Assembly: GCA_964384105.1 (NCBI GenBank)
Contig: CAYLJV010000003.1
Location: forward strand, 1-64,000
DNA: 64,000 nt
Origin: Candidatus Hadarchaeota archaeon
Lineage (GTDB): Archaea; Hadarchaeota; Hadarchaeia; Hadarchaeales; JAGGTB01
Direction of reading: 5' to 3'
Below, one piece after another: positions 19,346 through 28,608 of the stretch (position 1 is the stretch's first letter; each line of letters starts with the position of its first letter). The notes under the pieces were generated by a model that was not told the origin of the DNA, ran no database searches, and saw nothing but the letters and a program-made list of their open reading frames with translations. Made by a program: the position numbers and the translations under genes.

Positions 19346-19512
19346 CCCTTGTATTTTTTCTTTTGATAAGGAGCTTTTTTGCCTGATTTGCTTTTTCAGG
19401 CTGGTCAGTGGTTTGAATTACCGGCCATGGGGTGAGAGTCTAATGAGTAGCTTCTGATTCTTGTGATTACATTTATACCGTATCGACACGAAAATATTGT
19501 AACGGGAGATAA

Positions 19513-19818
19513 ATGAAGACGGTTACAACCCGGGTCTCCGAGGACCTTTTGAAGAAATTAGAGAAAATAGAACGAGAGGAGAAAGCAGATAGAGCTGCAA
19601 TTATCAGGAAGCTTCTTGACAATGCCGTAAGGGACTGGGAGCTAGACCGGGCTTTGGATAAGTTGAGGAAAGGGAGAATTACCCTTCGTACCGCCGCTCG
19701 AAAAGCTGGTTTGACCTACGTCGAGATGCTCGATCGCGCCAAGAAAGCTGGAATACAGATAGGTTATACAACGGAGGACCTTCAGAACGATTTGGCCGAA
19801 ATTGAGGAGCAGCAGTAA
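19513..19818 (+). CDS. UPF0175-family antitoxin-like protein
   Basis: MKTVTTRV RHH-like start; GRITLRTAARKAGL. Confidence 0.8.
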   Translation: MKTVTTRVSEDLLKKLEKIEREEKADRAAIIRKLLDNAVRDWELDRALDKLRKGRITLRTAARKAGLTYVEMLDRAKKAGIQIGYTTEDLQNDLAEIEEQQ

Positions 19819-20326
19819 CATGATTGTATGTGATTCGGGCCCCTTGATACACCTCTCTAGAATCGGAAAGGTCGGTTTGTTGAAAAACCTATTTGGTACA
19901 GTTCATGTTCCCCCCTGTGTGGAACGCGAAACTATCGATGAAGCGAGAGGACTAGGTAAACCTGGAGTTAGGTCCATAGAAAAGGCGAAGGAAGAAGAGT
20001 GGATTGAAATCAAGGAAATCCAGAGCAAGAGCGAGGTCAGGAAGATGGCCAAAAGCGAAAATATAGAACCTGGGGACGCTGAGGTACTTCAACTCGCTAA
20101 AGAAACATCTTCAAGACTGATAACAAACGATTCTTGGCTAGTGAAAGTAGCGAAGGCGAATGGAATAAATCCCCTTTGGACAACAACACTGGTAATAATA
20201 TCTGTCAAAAGGAAAAAATTGAAGAAAGAAGAAGGAAAAAAACTGCTAAAAGAGTTAGTTCGTTCTGGCTTGTATCCAAAGGGTGACCTGTATGTAGACC
20301 TGCTGGATGCGATAGAAAAAATATAA
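19802..20326 (+). CDS. DUF3368-type PIN domain protein
   Basis: IVCDSGPLIHLSRIG, GDAEVL, LITND; likely start ATG 19820. Confidence 0.85.
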   Translation: MRSSSNMIVCDSGPLIHLSRIGKVGLLKNLFGTVHVPPCVERETIDEARGLGKPGVRSIEKAKEEEWIEIKEIQSKSEVRKMAKSENIEPGDAEVLQLAKETSSRLITNDSWLVKVAKANGINPLWTTTLVIISVKRKKLKKEEGKKLLKELVRSGLYPKGDLYVDLLDAIEKI

Positions 20327-20510
20327 CAGAAGTAACAACATCACGCTCCACTCTGGACTGTGGTCGTTTAGCTTCTCTGTGTTGACTGTCGGCGAGAGGC
20401 GTTGTCGACTGACACAGTTTCGATTAGGTTTGAGATAGTCAACACCGGAGAAATATTTTTGAAGATAGGAATTTTTAACCCGGTTAAATCGATACTGTTT
20501 TATCGGTAGA

Positions 20511-20732
20511 ATGAAAAACCAAGAAATATTTTCCACCTTAAAGTATGTTTTCGATCTATTGCTTCTGATTTTACTCCTGTTAGTGATCGCAAATTCGTTA
20601 AGTGGAACAGAGTTACTGTCTATAGACTTAATGTATATGGCCTTTGTAACCGTTATAGTTGGAATTATCGCTCACCTTCCCCTTCTGGTTGACGAATTAG
20701 GAATAAAAAATCGTAGATCAGGGGGTATGTGA
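20511..20732 (+). CDS. Small membrane protein (2 TM)
   Basis: 73 aa with two hydrophobic segments; abuts the next gene. Confidence 0.6.
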   Translation: MKNQEIFSTLKYVFDLLLLILLLLVIANSLSGTELLSIDLMYMAFVTVIVGIIAHLPLLVDELGIKNRRSGGM

Positions 20733-20733
20733 C

Positions 20734-22251
20734 GTGAGGAAGAGGTTAAAGAGTTTATTTCGGAATCCTTACTTTCTAATCGTCCTGTTTTTTACGATTT
20801 TTGGGACGATTTTGAGGTTTTACTCTCTAGGAACTCAAAGTGTATGGTTCGACGAGGCAATCTCGGGGATTGCGGCCAAAGGTTTTGAGGGGTTCAGTCG
20901 TCCTGTTCTACCCTCCGGCTTGGAGTACGGTAGGGCGATATTACATACAGTTTTTGTAGCTCTTTCCTATGCGGTCTTTGGATTCGGTGAAACTGCGGGT
21001 AGGATTCCAGCAGCGTTATTGGGAACCCTATCTATTCCACTCGCTTACCTCGTTGGAAGCAAGGTCAGGAACAGGAGAGTAGGGATATTCCTGGCCTTCT
21101 TCGTGGCTTTCGCGACCGTGCAGATTGCTTGGTCTCGCCAGATAAGGTTCTATCAGCAACTTCAGTTCTTCTTACTGCTATCGATCTACTTTTTCGAGAG
21201 CTTGCTTGAGAAGATGAATTGGAAACACCTTTTTTTGACTCTCGTTTCGCTGGGGTGTATGGTGATCAGCCACGATTCCTTGGGTTATCTGATGGCCGTC
21301 TCGTTCGTTATTTGGTTCCTCTTGGAAAAATTGGGATGGTTTATTAGAAAGTTGAGAGAGATAAGAAATATCGATCGAAAAGATAGGTTAGGTCTGGCGC
21401 TTTTTCTGGCAGTAATAATACTTTTCGTTGTAATAAAAGGATCCGGCCTTGTCTACTCCGTCGATAGAGCTCTGAGCAACAATGTTGACTATCTGTCAGG
21501 TTACTTGGACCATTTTAAGATTGAAATGGGCGGATTCTTCTTCCTTGCAATACCTGGGGCCTTTCTTGGAGTGATGAAGAGAAAAAGAAACTTATTCTAC
21601 GTCTTCAGCTTTTTATTATCCTTCTACGTAATTTCCAATCACATTCTAGCATTTCAGCACAGGTATGTCTTCGTTCTCTTTCCTCTCCTCTTCCTATTCT
21701 CAGCTTTCACGCTGGATTACCTCTATGAAAAATCTATAAAATTATTTAGATCTCAGATTAAACCAATTTTTTCTGATAAAAATCTCGTTCCGGCTATCGT
21801 AGTTTCTATTCTGGTGGGGCTAATAGTAATCGGGGCAAATTTCACTTTTTCTACCAATTCTCATTATGATCTGGGGAATACTGCGCCTCAAGGGGATTTT
21901 CGTCCATCATATAGTTATATAGAAAGGAACTGGCGAGATGAGGATGTTATAGTCTCTACTTTGACCCCAGTTTCATGGTTTTATTTGGAACAAAATGACT
22001 ACTGGATCTCCTTTTCCCACTGGGGATTCCACGAGCTTCCGAATGAGGACCGCTACACGGGTGCGACAGTTGTTCAAGAACCAAATCAGATAAGAGAAAT
22101 TGCTAAGAGTAAGACGGGATGGGTAGTTCTAGACCTTATGGGCAGAAGTAGGGCCAACTCCGAAGTGCTGGAGTATATCGATAAGAATTTCGATCTCATT
22201 GAGAAAGTAAGCGGTCGTGATAAAGGAGTCTGGGTTTACAGATTTGGTTGA
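20734..22251 (+). CDS. GT-C membrane glycosyltransferase (PMT/ArnT, family 39-like)
   Basis: LRFYSLGTQSVWFDE, GRIPAALLG, WSRQIRFY; many TM helices. Confidence 0.85.
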   Translation: MRKRLKSLFRNPYFLIVLFFTIFGTILRFYSLGTQSVWFDEAISGIAAKGFEGFSRPVLPSGLEYGRAILHTVFVALSYAVFGFGETAGRIPAALLGTLSIPLAYLVGSKVRNRRVGIFLAFFVAFATVQIAWSRQIRFYQQLQFFLLLSIYFFESLLEKMNWKHLFLTLVSLGCMVISHDSLGYLMAVSFVIWFLLEKLGWFIRKLREIRNIDRKDRLGLALFLAVIILFVVIKGSGLVYSVDRALSNNVDYLSGYLDHFKIEMGGFFFLAIPGAFLGVMKRKRNLFYVFSFLLSFYVISNHILAFQHRYVFVLFPLLFLFSAFTLDYLYEKSIKLFRSQIKPIFSDKNLVPAIVVSILVGLIVIGANFTFSTNSHYDLGNTAPQGDFRPSYSYIERNWRDEDVIVSTLTPVSWFYLEQNDYWISFSHWGFHELPNEDRYTGATVVQEPNQIREIAKSKTGWVVLDLMGRSRANSEVLEYIDKNFDLIEKVSGRDKGVWVYRFG

Positions 22252-22733
22252 TTATCATGAAGTCCGACCATAAAAGAGCCATTTTGGTGATGATACCTCT
22301 TGTAATTCTGGTACTATTTTCGTTTTATTCCTCCAAAGTGGATTTTGAAGAGAACCCGCCCACAGTCGAAATACTTGATAATCCGGCGAAGTATGAGAAC
22401 CAGACCTTAGAGATGAGAGGTTTTTTAGAAGATTATGAGATTAAAAATGGAACTCTCAATTTAACGCTTGAAAGGTATGATAGGACCTACAGAGTTATAT
22501 ATCAACTTCGTTCGAGTGGAGAGTTTGAGGATATTTATCTAGGCGATGTATTTGATCTCTCAGGAGTCTGTAAACTTTCCTCGAACGGATATGTGGAGGC
22601 GTTGGAACTAGGTAGACGCCCTTCTGAAAGACATAATAGGCTTTTCACACTTTCCATTCTTGGAATAGGTTTCATTCTTGTGGTTCTGGTTGTGGACAGA
22701 GAAACTCTGAAAGAGGTGATTCCGATTGGCTGA
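22248..22733 (+). CDS. Membrane-anchored protein with a probable OB-fold-like extracellular domain
   Basis: TM at both ends; EILDNPAKYENQTLEMRG pattern. Confidence 0.55.
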   Translation: MIIMKSDHKRAILVMIPLVILVLFSFYSSKVDFEENPPTVEILDNPAKYENQTLEMRGFLEDYEIKNGTLNLTLERYDRTYRVIYQLRSSGEFEDIYLGDVFDLSGVCKLSSNGYVEALELGRRPSERHNRLFTLSILGIGFILVVLVVDRETLKEVIPIG

Positions 22734-23205
22734 TTGGCTCACTCACGTCCTTTTGGGTTGGGCGGCTGTTGAACTCGTTTCTTTTAAGTATCCCAGGGTT
22801 CAGAAGTTTAGAGCAGTGGTCTTGATCGGTTCCGTACTGCCGGATTTGGGTAATTTAACTATGTTTTTCGGAGAGGCCGGGAGCTATATTTCCCACTATT
22901 TTACTCCGCTACACTCATCCTTTGGGATATTGATGTTGGTACTCCCAATATCCTTTTTTATGCGAAAAGGGTACAGAAATACGGTATTTTATCTCTTAGC
23001 TCTTGGAGCAGGCCTCCATTTAGTCGCAGATTACTTAATAGTTACTTTAACCGGTAAGTTACCTCTTTTATTCCCTTTTAGTTTCGAGAGATTTGGTTAT
23101 GGGATTTTCTTGCAGGGTGGCTGGGGATTTCTTATCATTGCTTTTATATTAGCGGTTTTATCGATGACAATCGGGGTCTTAATCAGGAGAAATGAAGGCA
23201 GTTAA
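22726..23205 (+). CDS. Membrane-bound metal-dependent hydrolase (YdjM-like)
   Basis: DWLTH, GSVLPDL, LHS, LHLVAD, LLFPFS motifs. Confidence 0.85.
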   Translation: MADWLTHVLLGWAAVELVSFKYPRVQKFRAVVLIGSVLPDLGNLTMFFGEAGSYISHYFTPLHSSFGILMLVLPISFFMRKGYRNTVFYLLALGAGLHLVADYLIVTLTGKLPLLFPFSFERFGYGIFLQGGWGFLIIAFILAVLSMTIGVLIRRNEGS

Positions 23206-23357
23206 AAAACTGTCTCTGTATTTTTTTAGTCCCTAAAAAAAACGATTTTATTAGTTCTTACTAACAATTAGGCCGGTTTTTACTGTCTTTTGGATATATA
23301 AAGATTTAAAAAGATTACATGTCCCAATTATTATCGGGCCGTTGTTATTAATTTGAA

Positions 23358-24431
23358 GTGGATCTTATGAGAAGAAGTCTTGGTGGGAAGAAGTTTAATA
23401 AGGTCAAAGCTATCTCTGCTATTATCATTACTCTCGCTATTATTTCAGGTATGTTTCTTTTATCTCCAACTGCATCGGCGGTTCAGATTTCGGTTTCTGG
23501 TGTTGAAAGTTCTTACACCGCCGGCGACGTGGACACATTTACGGTGAGCATTGAGATCGAAGATGGCGAGAGAATTCCCGTCGACAACATAGTAGCGATA
23601 GTCGAGAATGGAGGGACAACGGTCGATGAAATGTCCTTTTCTATAGATGCTACTGTGCTCAAGGCTGGTTCATATATGACAAGCGTTTCCAGAACAGGTT
23701 ACGATGTTGGATATGGGTATGGTTACCGCTATGGTTACGATTATGAGGCTGATGAGAACGTTCAGTTTGGTTACGGTTATGGATACGGTCGCGATACGGC
23801 TACAGGTGTTCTGGAGTACGAAATCACGATTGATACTACAGGCATGAGCGAGGGAACCTACGAGCTTTATGCAAGACTGAATAGCTCAGATGGTGGAAAT
23901 GAACATTCCTACGACTCGAGCTCTGTAACTTTTTCGATAACGGCTCCCGTTAACGAGCCACCAATTGCAGATGCTGGTGGACCTTACAATGTGAGAGAGG
24001 GTGGTTCCGTTGTTCTAAATGGAACTGGAAGTAGCGATCCCGATGGTGACACTCTCAGCTATTCCTGGACTATTCTAAGGGCACCAGGTGGGTCTACGAT
24101 GACCGGGACCGGAGGTCCAAGACCGACTTTCCACGCTCCTCAGGTCAATTTCGATTCTACGGCTACGGTAGAGCTGACAGTGAGCGATGGGATGGGTGGA
24201 ACTGACTCCGCTACAGCGGTTATAAACATTGAGGACGTTACAGAACCACATGAAGAGCCTCCAACAATAAGTCCGCCGGATGAACTCCCCGAAGTAGGCG
24301 GAAGAAGCCCTTCGGCACCCGTTGATGGAGATGCGCAAGACGGTGATGGTGGAATACCCGTGTATGTGCCGGTAATACTCTCGATAACTGCACTGATCAT
24401 GATAGTCCTTCTGATACTATTACGTCCTTAA
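23358..24431 (+). CDS. Cell-surface protein with Gly-Tyr-repeat N-domain, PKD domain and C-terminal TM
   Basis: Signal peptide ...SPTASA; GYGYGYRYGY and FGYGYGYG; NEPPIADAGGPY...SSDPDGDTLSYSW (PKD). Confidence 0.85.
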   Translation: MDLMRRSLGGKKFNKVKAISAIIITLAIISGMFLLSPTASAVQISVSGVESSYTAGDVDTFTVSIEIEDGERIPVDNIVAIVENGGTTVDEMSFSIDATVLKAGSYMTSVSRTGYDVGYGYGYRYGYDYEADENVQFGYGYGYGRDTATGVLEYEITIDTTGMSEGTYELYARLNSSDGGNEHSYDSSSVTFSITAPVNEPPIADAGGPYNVREGGSVVLNGTGSSDPDGDTLSYSWTILRAPGGSTMTGTGGPRPTFHAPQVNFDSTATVELTVSDGMGGTDSATAVINIEDVTEPHEEPPTISPPDELPEVGGRSPSAPVDGDAQDGDGGIPVYVPVILSITALIMIVLLILLRP

Positions 24432-24561
24432 AAGGATAGAAGAAACCGTCTGTTTCTCTTTTTCAGGGAATTTTATCTATAACAGGCATTGCTAGAAATC
24501 ATTAGTTAAGAGATTCTTTTTTCTACGGTGAACGATAATACTATAACTAGACTTAATAGTT

Positions 24562-26592
24562 ATGAAGCTTCTCTTTAGTTCAGGGAGTTTTAATAATAAG
24601 CTTCGGGGTTTTAATGTGGGTTTGGGGTCAAGGAATAAGTCCAATCGCTTAAATTTTTTAATCGCTGTTTTCATCACCGTCGCTATTATTATTGGGCTCG
24701 TGGTCTTCTCACCTACTGCCTCAGCGATTGAAGTCTCCGTCTCCGGTGTTAGTAGCTCTTACACTGTGGGGGATACAGACACCTTCAAAATAAGAATTGA
24801 CATAGATGAGGGAGAACGTATACCCATGGATAACATCACGGCTACAATAGAAAAGAGCAGTAGTGTAGTTGATGATATGACTTTCACAATCGACGGCACT
24901 GTAATCGAAAGTGGGAACTATCTTGTAAGCGTTTCCAGAACTGGCTATGATGTTGGATACGGTTATGGTTACCGTTATGGTTACGATGTAGAAACGGGAG
25001 AAAACGTACAGTTCGGCTATGGCTATGGATACGGTTATGGTTATGGCACTGCGACGGGTGTTTTGGAGTACAAAGTCACGCTCGATACATCAGGCATGAG
25101 TACAGGTAGTTACGACTTGTATGCCACTCTAAATAGTTCAGATGGGGGAACGGTACATACTTATAAATCTAATACAGTCAGCTTCTCAGTTGAATCAGCT
25201 CCATCTCCAGGTCCAGGCCCCACGCCCACACCGGGTCCAGGCCCGGGATTGAATGACCCACCAGATGTCAAGCCGGGCGGACCTTATTCCGTCATGGAAC
25301 AGGATAGTATCCAGCTTGACGGGAGTGAGAGCGCAGATCCAGAAGGTACTGAACTTAGTTTCTCTTGGGCTATCGTTGACGACCCCACGGGAGAGGCGAG
25401 TTTGACTGGTGCGTCTACGGCAAAACCTGAGTTCTACGCGCCTATAGTTGATGAAGACATGATAGTTACTGTCGAGTTGACTTGTGAGGACGAGGATGGA
25501 GCTTCAGCTAGTGAGAACACGACGGTAACCGTGATCAATAGAAAGAAAGCACCACTCTCTGAGATAATCGAGAATATGACTCCGGAAAATGCAGCGGAGA
25601 ATTTAGCAGCGTCCGACTTTGAATCAGCTGCCAGAGTGATGGATAACTTGGATCCAAATTTTGCAGGTGAAATCATTGACGCCGCCATCAGTAGAGGTTT
25701 GTGTAGGAATATGGGTAAGATAATAAACCTGATGGAGACTTCTAAAGCTGTTGCAGCTAGACACTCTGCTAAACTTTCTAGTGCGACTGCTATTACCAAA
25801 TGTATGGTGGAAGATGATTTGCTCAGAGCATCCGAAATTGTCGATGCTGGGGCTAAAATGGATCTTTCTATAGAATCGGGAATTATTAGTGGATTAGATG
25901 CCGAGACTGCTGCGAATATATTGATGAGAGTATACGACTTACCGGAAACTCCGCAGGCTGCTGCAGACCTTCTCAGTAATATGGAAATAGAAAGCAGTAC
26001 TGGAGTTATTAGATACCTTATCGATCAGGATAGTTCGACTTATGTTGATGGTATTTTCTCCCACCTCGATATTTCGAGTTTAAACATGATATACGAACGG
26101 CTTTCTATATACGAGAGGGGAGTAGTTTGGCCCCAGCTATCTCCGAATGTCCAAGAAAAGGTATTTGAGGATTTAGCACCTCGGTTTGAACTATCCGGTC
26201 TGGAGTTGAGCAAAACTGAAGTGAATCCTGGAGAAACTATCGAGATCATGGCGACTGTTAAAAACACTGGAGGAACTCCTCATTCTTACACTGTGAGGTT
26301 ATTGATAGGTGGTGTAGAAGAGTACCAGGAGACGGTTTCACTAGACCCTGGAGGCTCCCAACAGATTTTTTACGAAGTTACAAAGACCGAACCAGGAACT
26401 TATCAGGTCGAGATGGAGGATCTGACTGAGAGCTTTGTGGTGAGGGATAAGGTGGAACCTTCCGAAGGACTTCCTTTAGGATTGATATACGGAGTAATCG
26501 TGGCGATAATTGCCGTAGCTATTGTTGCGATTGTGTGGTGGAGGAGAAGCGAAAAGAGCTGGTCTATCGACTTCCGGGAAGAAGAAAGATAG
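24562..26592 (+). CDS. Paralogous cell-surface protein: Gly-Tyr-repeat domain, Pro linker, PKD, MgtE-N/FliG-like helical repeats, CARDB, TM anchor
   Basis: N-domain clearly homologous to 23358-24431; PGPGPTPTPGPGP linker; IENMTPENAAENL repeats; VKNTGG; WWRR after the TM; start uncertain (GTG near 24616 possible). Confidence 0.85.
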   Translation: MKLLFSSGSFNNKLRGFNVGLGSRNKSNRLNFLIAVFITVAIIIGLVVFSPTASAIEVSVSGVSSSYTVGDTDTFKIRIDIDEGERIPMDNITATIEKSSSVVDDMTFTIDGTVIESGNYLVSVSRTGYDVGYGYGYRYGYDVETGENVQFGYGYGYGYGYGTATGVLEYKVTLDTSGMSTGSYDLYATLNSSDGGTVHTYKSNTVSFSVESAPSPGPGPTPTPGPGPGLNDPPDVKPGGPYSVMEQDSIQLDGSESADPEGTELSFSWAIVDDPTGEASLTGASTAKPEFYAPIVDEDMIVTVELTCEDEDGASASENTTVTVINRKKAPLSEIIENMTPENAAENLAASDFESAARVMDNLDPNFAGEIIDAAISRGLCRNMGKIINLMETSKAVAARHSAKLSSATAITKCMVEDDLLRASEIVDAGAKMDLSIESGIISGLDAETAANILMRVYDLPETPQAAADLLSNMEIESSTGVIRYLIDQDSSTYVDGIFSHLDISSLNMIYERLSIYERGVVWPQLSPNVQEKVFEDLAPRFELSGLELSKTEVNPGETIEIMATVKNTGGTPHSYTVRLLIGGVEEYQETVSLDPGGSQQIFYEVTKTEPGTYQVEMEDLTESFVVRDKVEPSEGLPLGLIYGVIVAIIAVAIVAIVWWRRSEKSWSIDFREEER

Positions 26593-26650
26593 GAATCTTC
26601 ACCAGATAATCCATCTATTTATTAGTATAGAGAATTGAATAGCTTTTGCA

Positions 26651-27721
26651 ATGGATGAAGATCTTTCCTGTAATGTTTGTATAGTCGGTTGTGGAATTGC
26701 AGGATCGGTCCTGGCATATAATCTGGACCCAAGAATAAGTGTGATCGCTATCGAAAGGAAGCCTCTGAATAGTTTGGGTGAGGACCCCTGTGGAAATGCA
26801 GTTCACAAGTCTTGGTTTGACGAGGACTGGATTAAACCAAAACCAGCTGATTTTGGAGCAGTTGCTTCTGTCACAGACTCGGTCAGGCTTAATTTTCCAA
26901 ATGAGGCCTTAGAGGCCAGACTAGATCAGGGGCGGGAGGGGATAGTTCTCAATAAAGGCGATTATGTGAAGGGTTCTCTGAATCGAGCTATTGAAGATGG
27001 AGTTAAGTTAATTCAAGGTGTTGCGAGACCGGTTCTGAAATATGGCAAAGTCAATTACATTAATGTTGACGGAAGGCGGGTTGAGTCGGATATTTACGTG
27101 GACGCTTCGGGTCCAGCCGCGGTCATAAGAAGTAACTTCTTTTCGCTTCCTCAAGATGCTTTATTCAAAGGGTACAGAGAGATTATCGAGTGCGATCATG
27201 ATATCCATGCTTGGCAGATTTATCAGTTCGATCGCGTGTCTGCTTATTGGGCGTTTCCTTTTGAGAGAGGGTTGAATCTGGGAGGTGTGGCATTTGGTGG
27301 TGATCCCGATCTAAAAGAAGGAGTAGAGAAAGTGAAAGAAATGTGGGATTGGGTCGATGCAAAGGTGAATCATTCAGGCTACGGGTGGATAATTTCCTAT
27401 AAACCGATCGGTCTTGTCTATGAAAACTTGGTGGCGATTGGGGATGCGGGAGTGACTGTTAATCCTGTTACTGGTGGAGGTATAGGCCCGAGCGTTAAAG
27501 CAGCCAGTCTCCTGGCTCACTACATAAATAGCGGTGAAAGTCTGGAAAAGTTCCAGAAAAGATATATGAAAGAAATCGCTGGTAATTACGAGAAATTATA
27601 CTATAGTAGCAGAATTATGCATAATTTACAAAAATTTTCCTGGAAAAGGATAGCGAAATGGGCTTTTAGAAAGTTCTATAATGGCAGACCCCTCGAAGGC
27701 AGTAGAATAGCAAACTATTAA
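26651..27721 (+). CDS. Geranylgeranyl reductase-family FAD oxidoreductase
   Basis: IVGCGIAG, PCG, YWAFP, IGDAG...NPVTGGGI. Confidence 0.8.
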   Translation: MDEDLSCNVCIVGCGIAGSVLAYNLDPRISVIAIERKPLNSLGEDPCGNAVHKSWFDEDWIKPKPADFGAVASVTDSVRLNFPNEALEARLDQGREGIVLNKGDYVKGSLNRAIEDGVKLIQGVARPVLKYGKVNYINVDGRRVESDIYVDASGPAAVIRSNFFSLPQDALFKGYREIIECDHDIHAWQIYQFDRVSAYWAFPFERGLNLGGVAFGGDPDLKEGVEKVKEMWDWVDAKVNHSGYGWIISYKPIGLVYENLVAIGDAGVTVNPVTGGGIGPSVKAASLLAHYINSGESLEKFQKRYMKEIAGNYEKLYYSSRIMHNLQKFSWKRIAKWAFRKFYNGRPLEGSRIANY

Positions 27722-27864
27722 GGGTTAAGGTTTTAAAATTATTTCTAAAGCATTTTTATTAGGTTTCTAAGTGGTTTTGAGAAATGAAATAGGAAAAAAG
27801 GCTTTAAATTCCATGCAAACGCTTATTAATGTTTTTTTAAAATTGTATTGCATAGGGGATACAC

Positions 27865-28140
27865 ATGGATAGTAGCCGGGTTTTGGGAGCAGGAATTATA
27901 ATTGGTTGTGTGCTAGCAGCAATTCTTTATTTTGGTTTCATATTTATTGGCTTTGCTGAAGAAGTATTGCTTGTTGTTGTTTCTATCGCTTTTCTAGTGA
28001 TTTTGGGAATTGGTGGTTGGATTGGGTGGACTATGGCTAATACTCCATCCCCAGAGCCAATAGAAGATTTAGATTTGAACGATTCAGACTTGGATTTAGA
28101 AGATGACATCGATTCTGAAGACGAAAAAGTGGATTCATAA
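27865..28140 (+). CDS. Small archaeal membrane protein (2 TM, acidic tail)
   Basis: GWIGWTMANTPSPEPIE motif after two hydrophobic helices. Confidence 0.75.
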   Translation: MDSSRVLGAGIIIGCVLAAILYFGFIFIGFAEEVLLVVVSIAFLVILGIGGWIGWTMANTPSPEPIEDLDLNDSDLDLEDDIDSEDEKVDS

Positions 28141-28608
28141 AGATTTTTTAGGTGGGAACCCCTCACCGATATTTTCATCGGGTATACCTTTTGGATGGTT
28201 TGATATTCTCTTAACGTGAGTTTGAAAATATGAATTTTTTTATGAGATTTAAGAATTCAAATGATTTCTATTTCTTGAGGTAGTTTAATTTTTCTTTTAT
28301 TGGGTCGACCTTTTTCAAGCTATCTTGAGCGGAGTCTCTTTCTTCTTATTTTTTTGTACCGGTTTATGGATTATTTGTAGTCGTGGTATCTAGTCGAGTT
28401 CGAGTCTTACTCTTCGTTCTTCAATTTTCTTAGTATCGCTTAAACCTTCAATTGTTGAAGTTAGAATTTCAAACTCTAAATAGTGTAAAAATAGAAGCAC
28501 CCAATGTGACATGTTGGATTTCAGTAAGAAAACTTATAAAAAATTAGAGGATATGAAATCAATTTAGAGACTTTCAGACATTCAACCTCTCAAAAGTGCC
28601 AAAAGGAG

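Noticed and set aside
19396-19435. tRNA-like fragment (GGTCAGTGGTTTGAATTACC)
   Set aside because: T-loop consensus is imperfect and no cloverleaf can be built
4300-20500. Integron-like cassette array explaining the TA cluster
   Set aside because: No integrase, no repeated attC-like sites between modules, and modules lie on both strands
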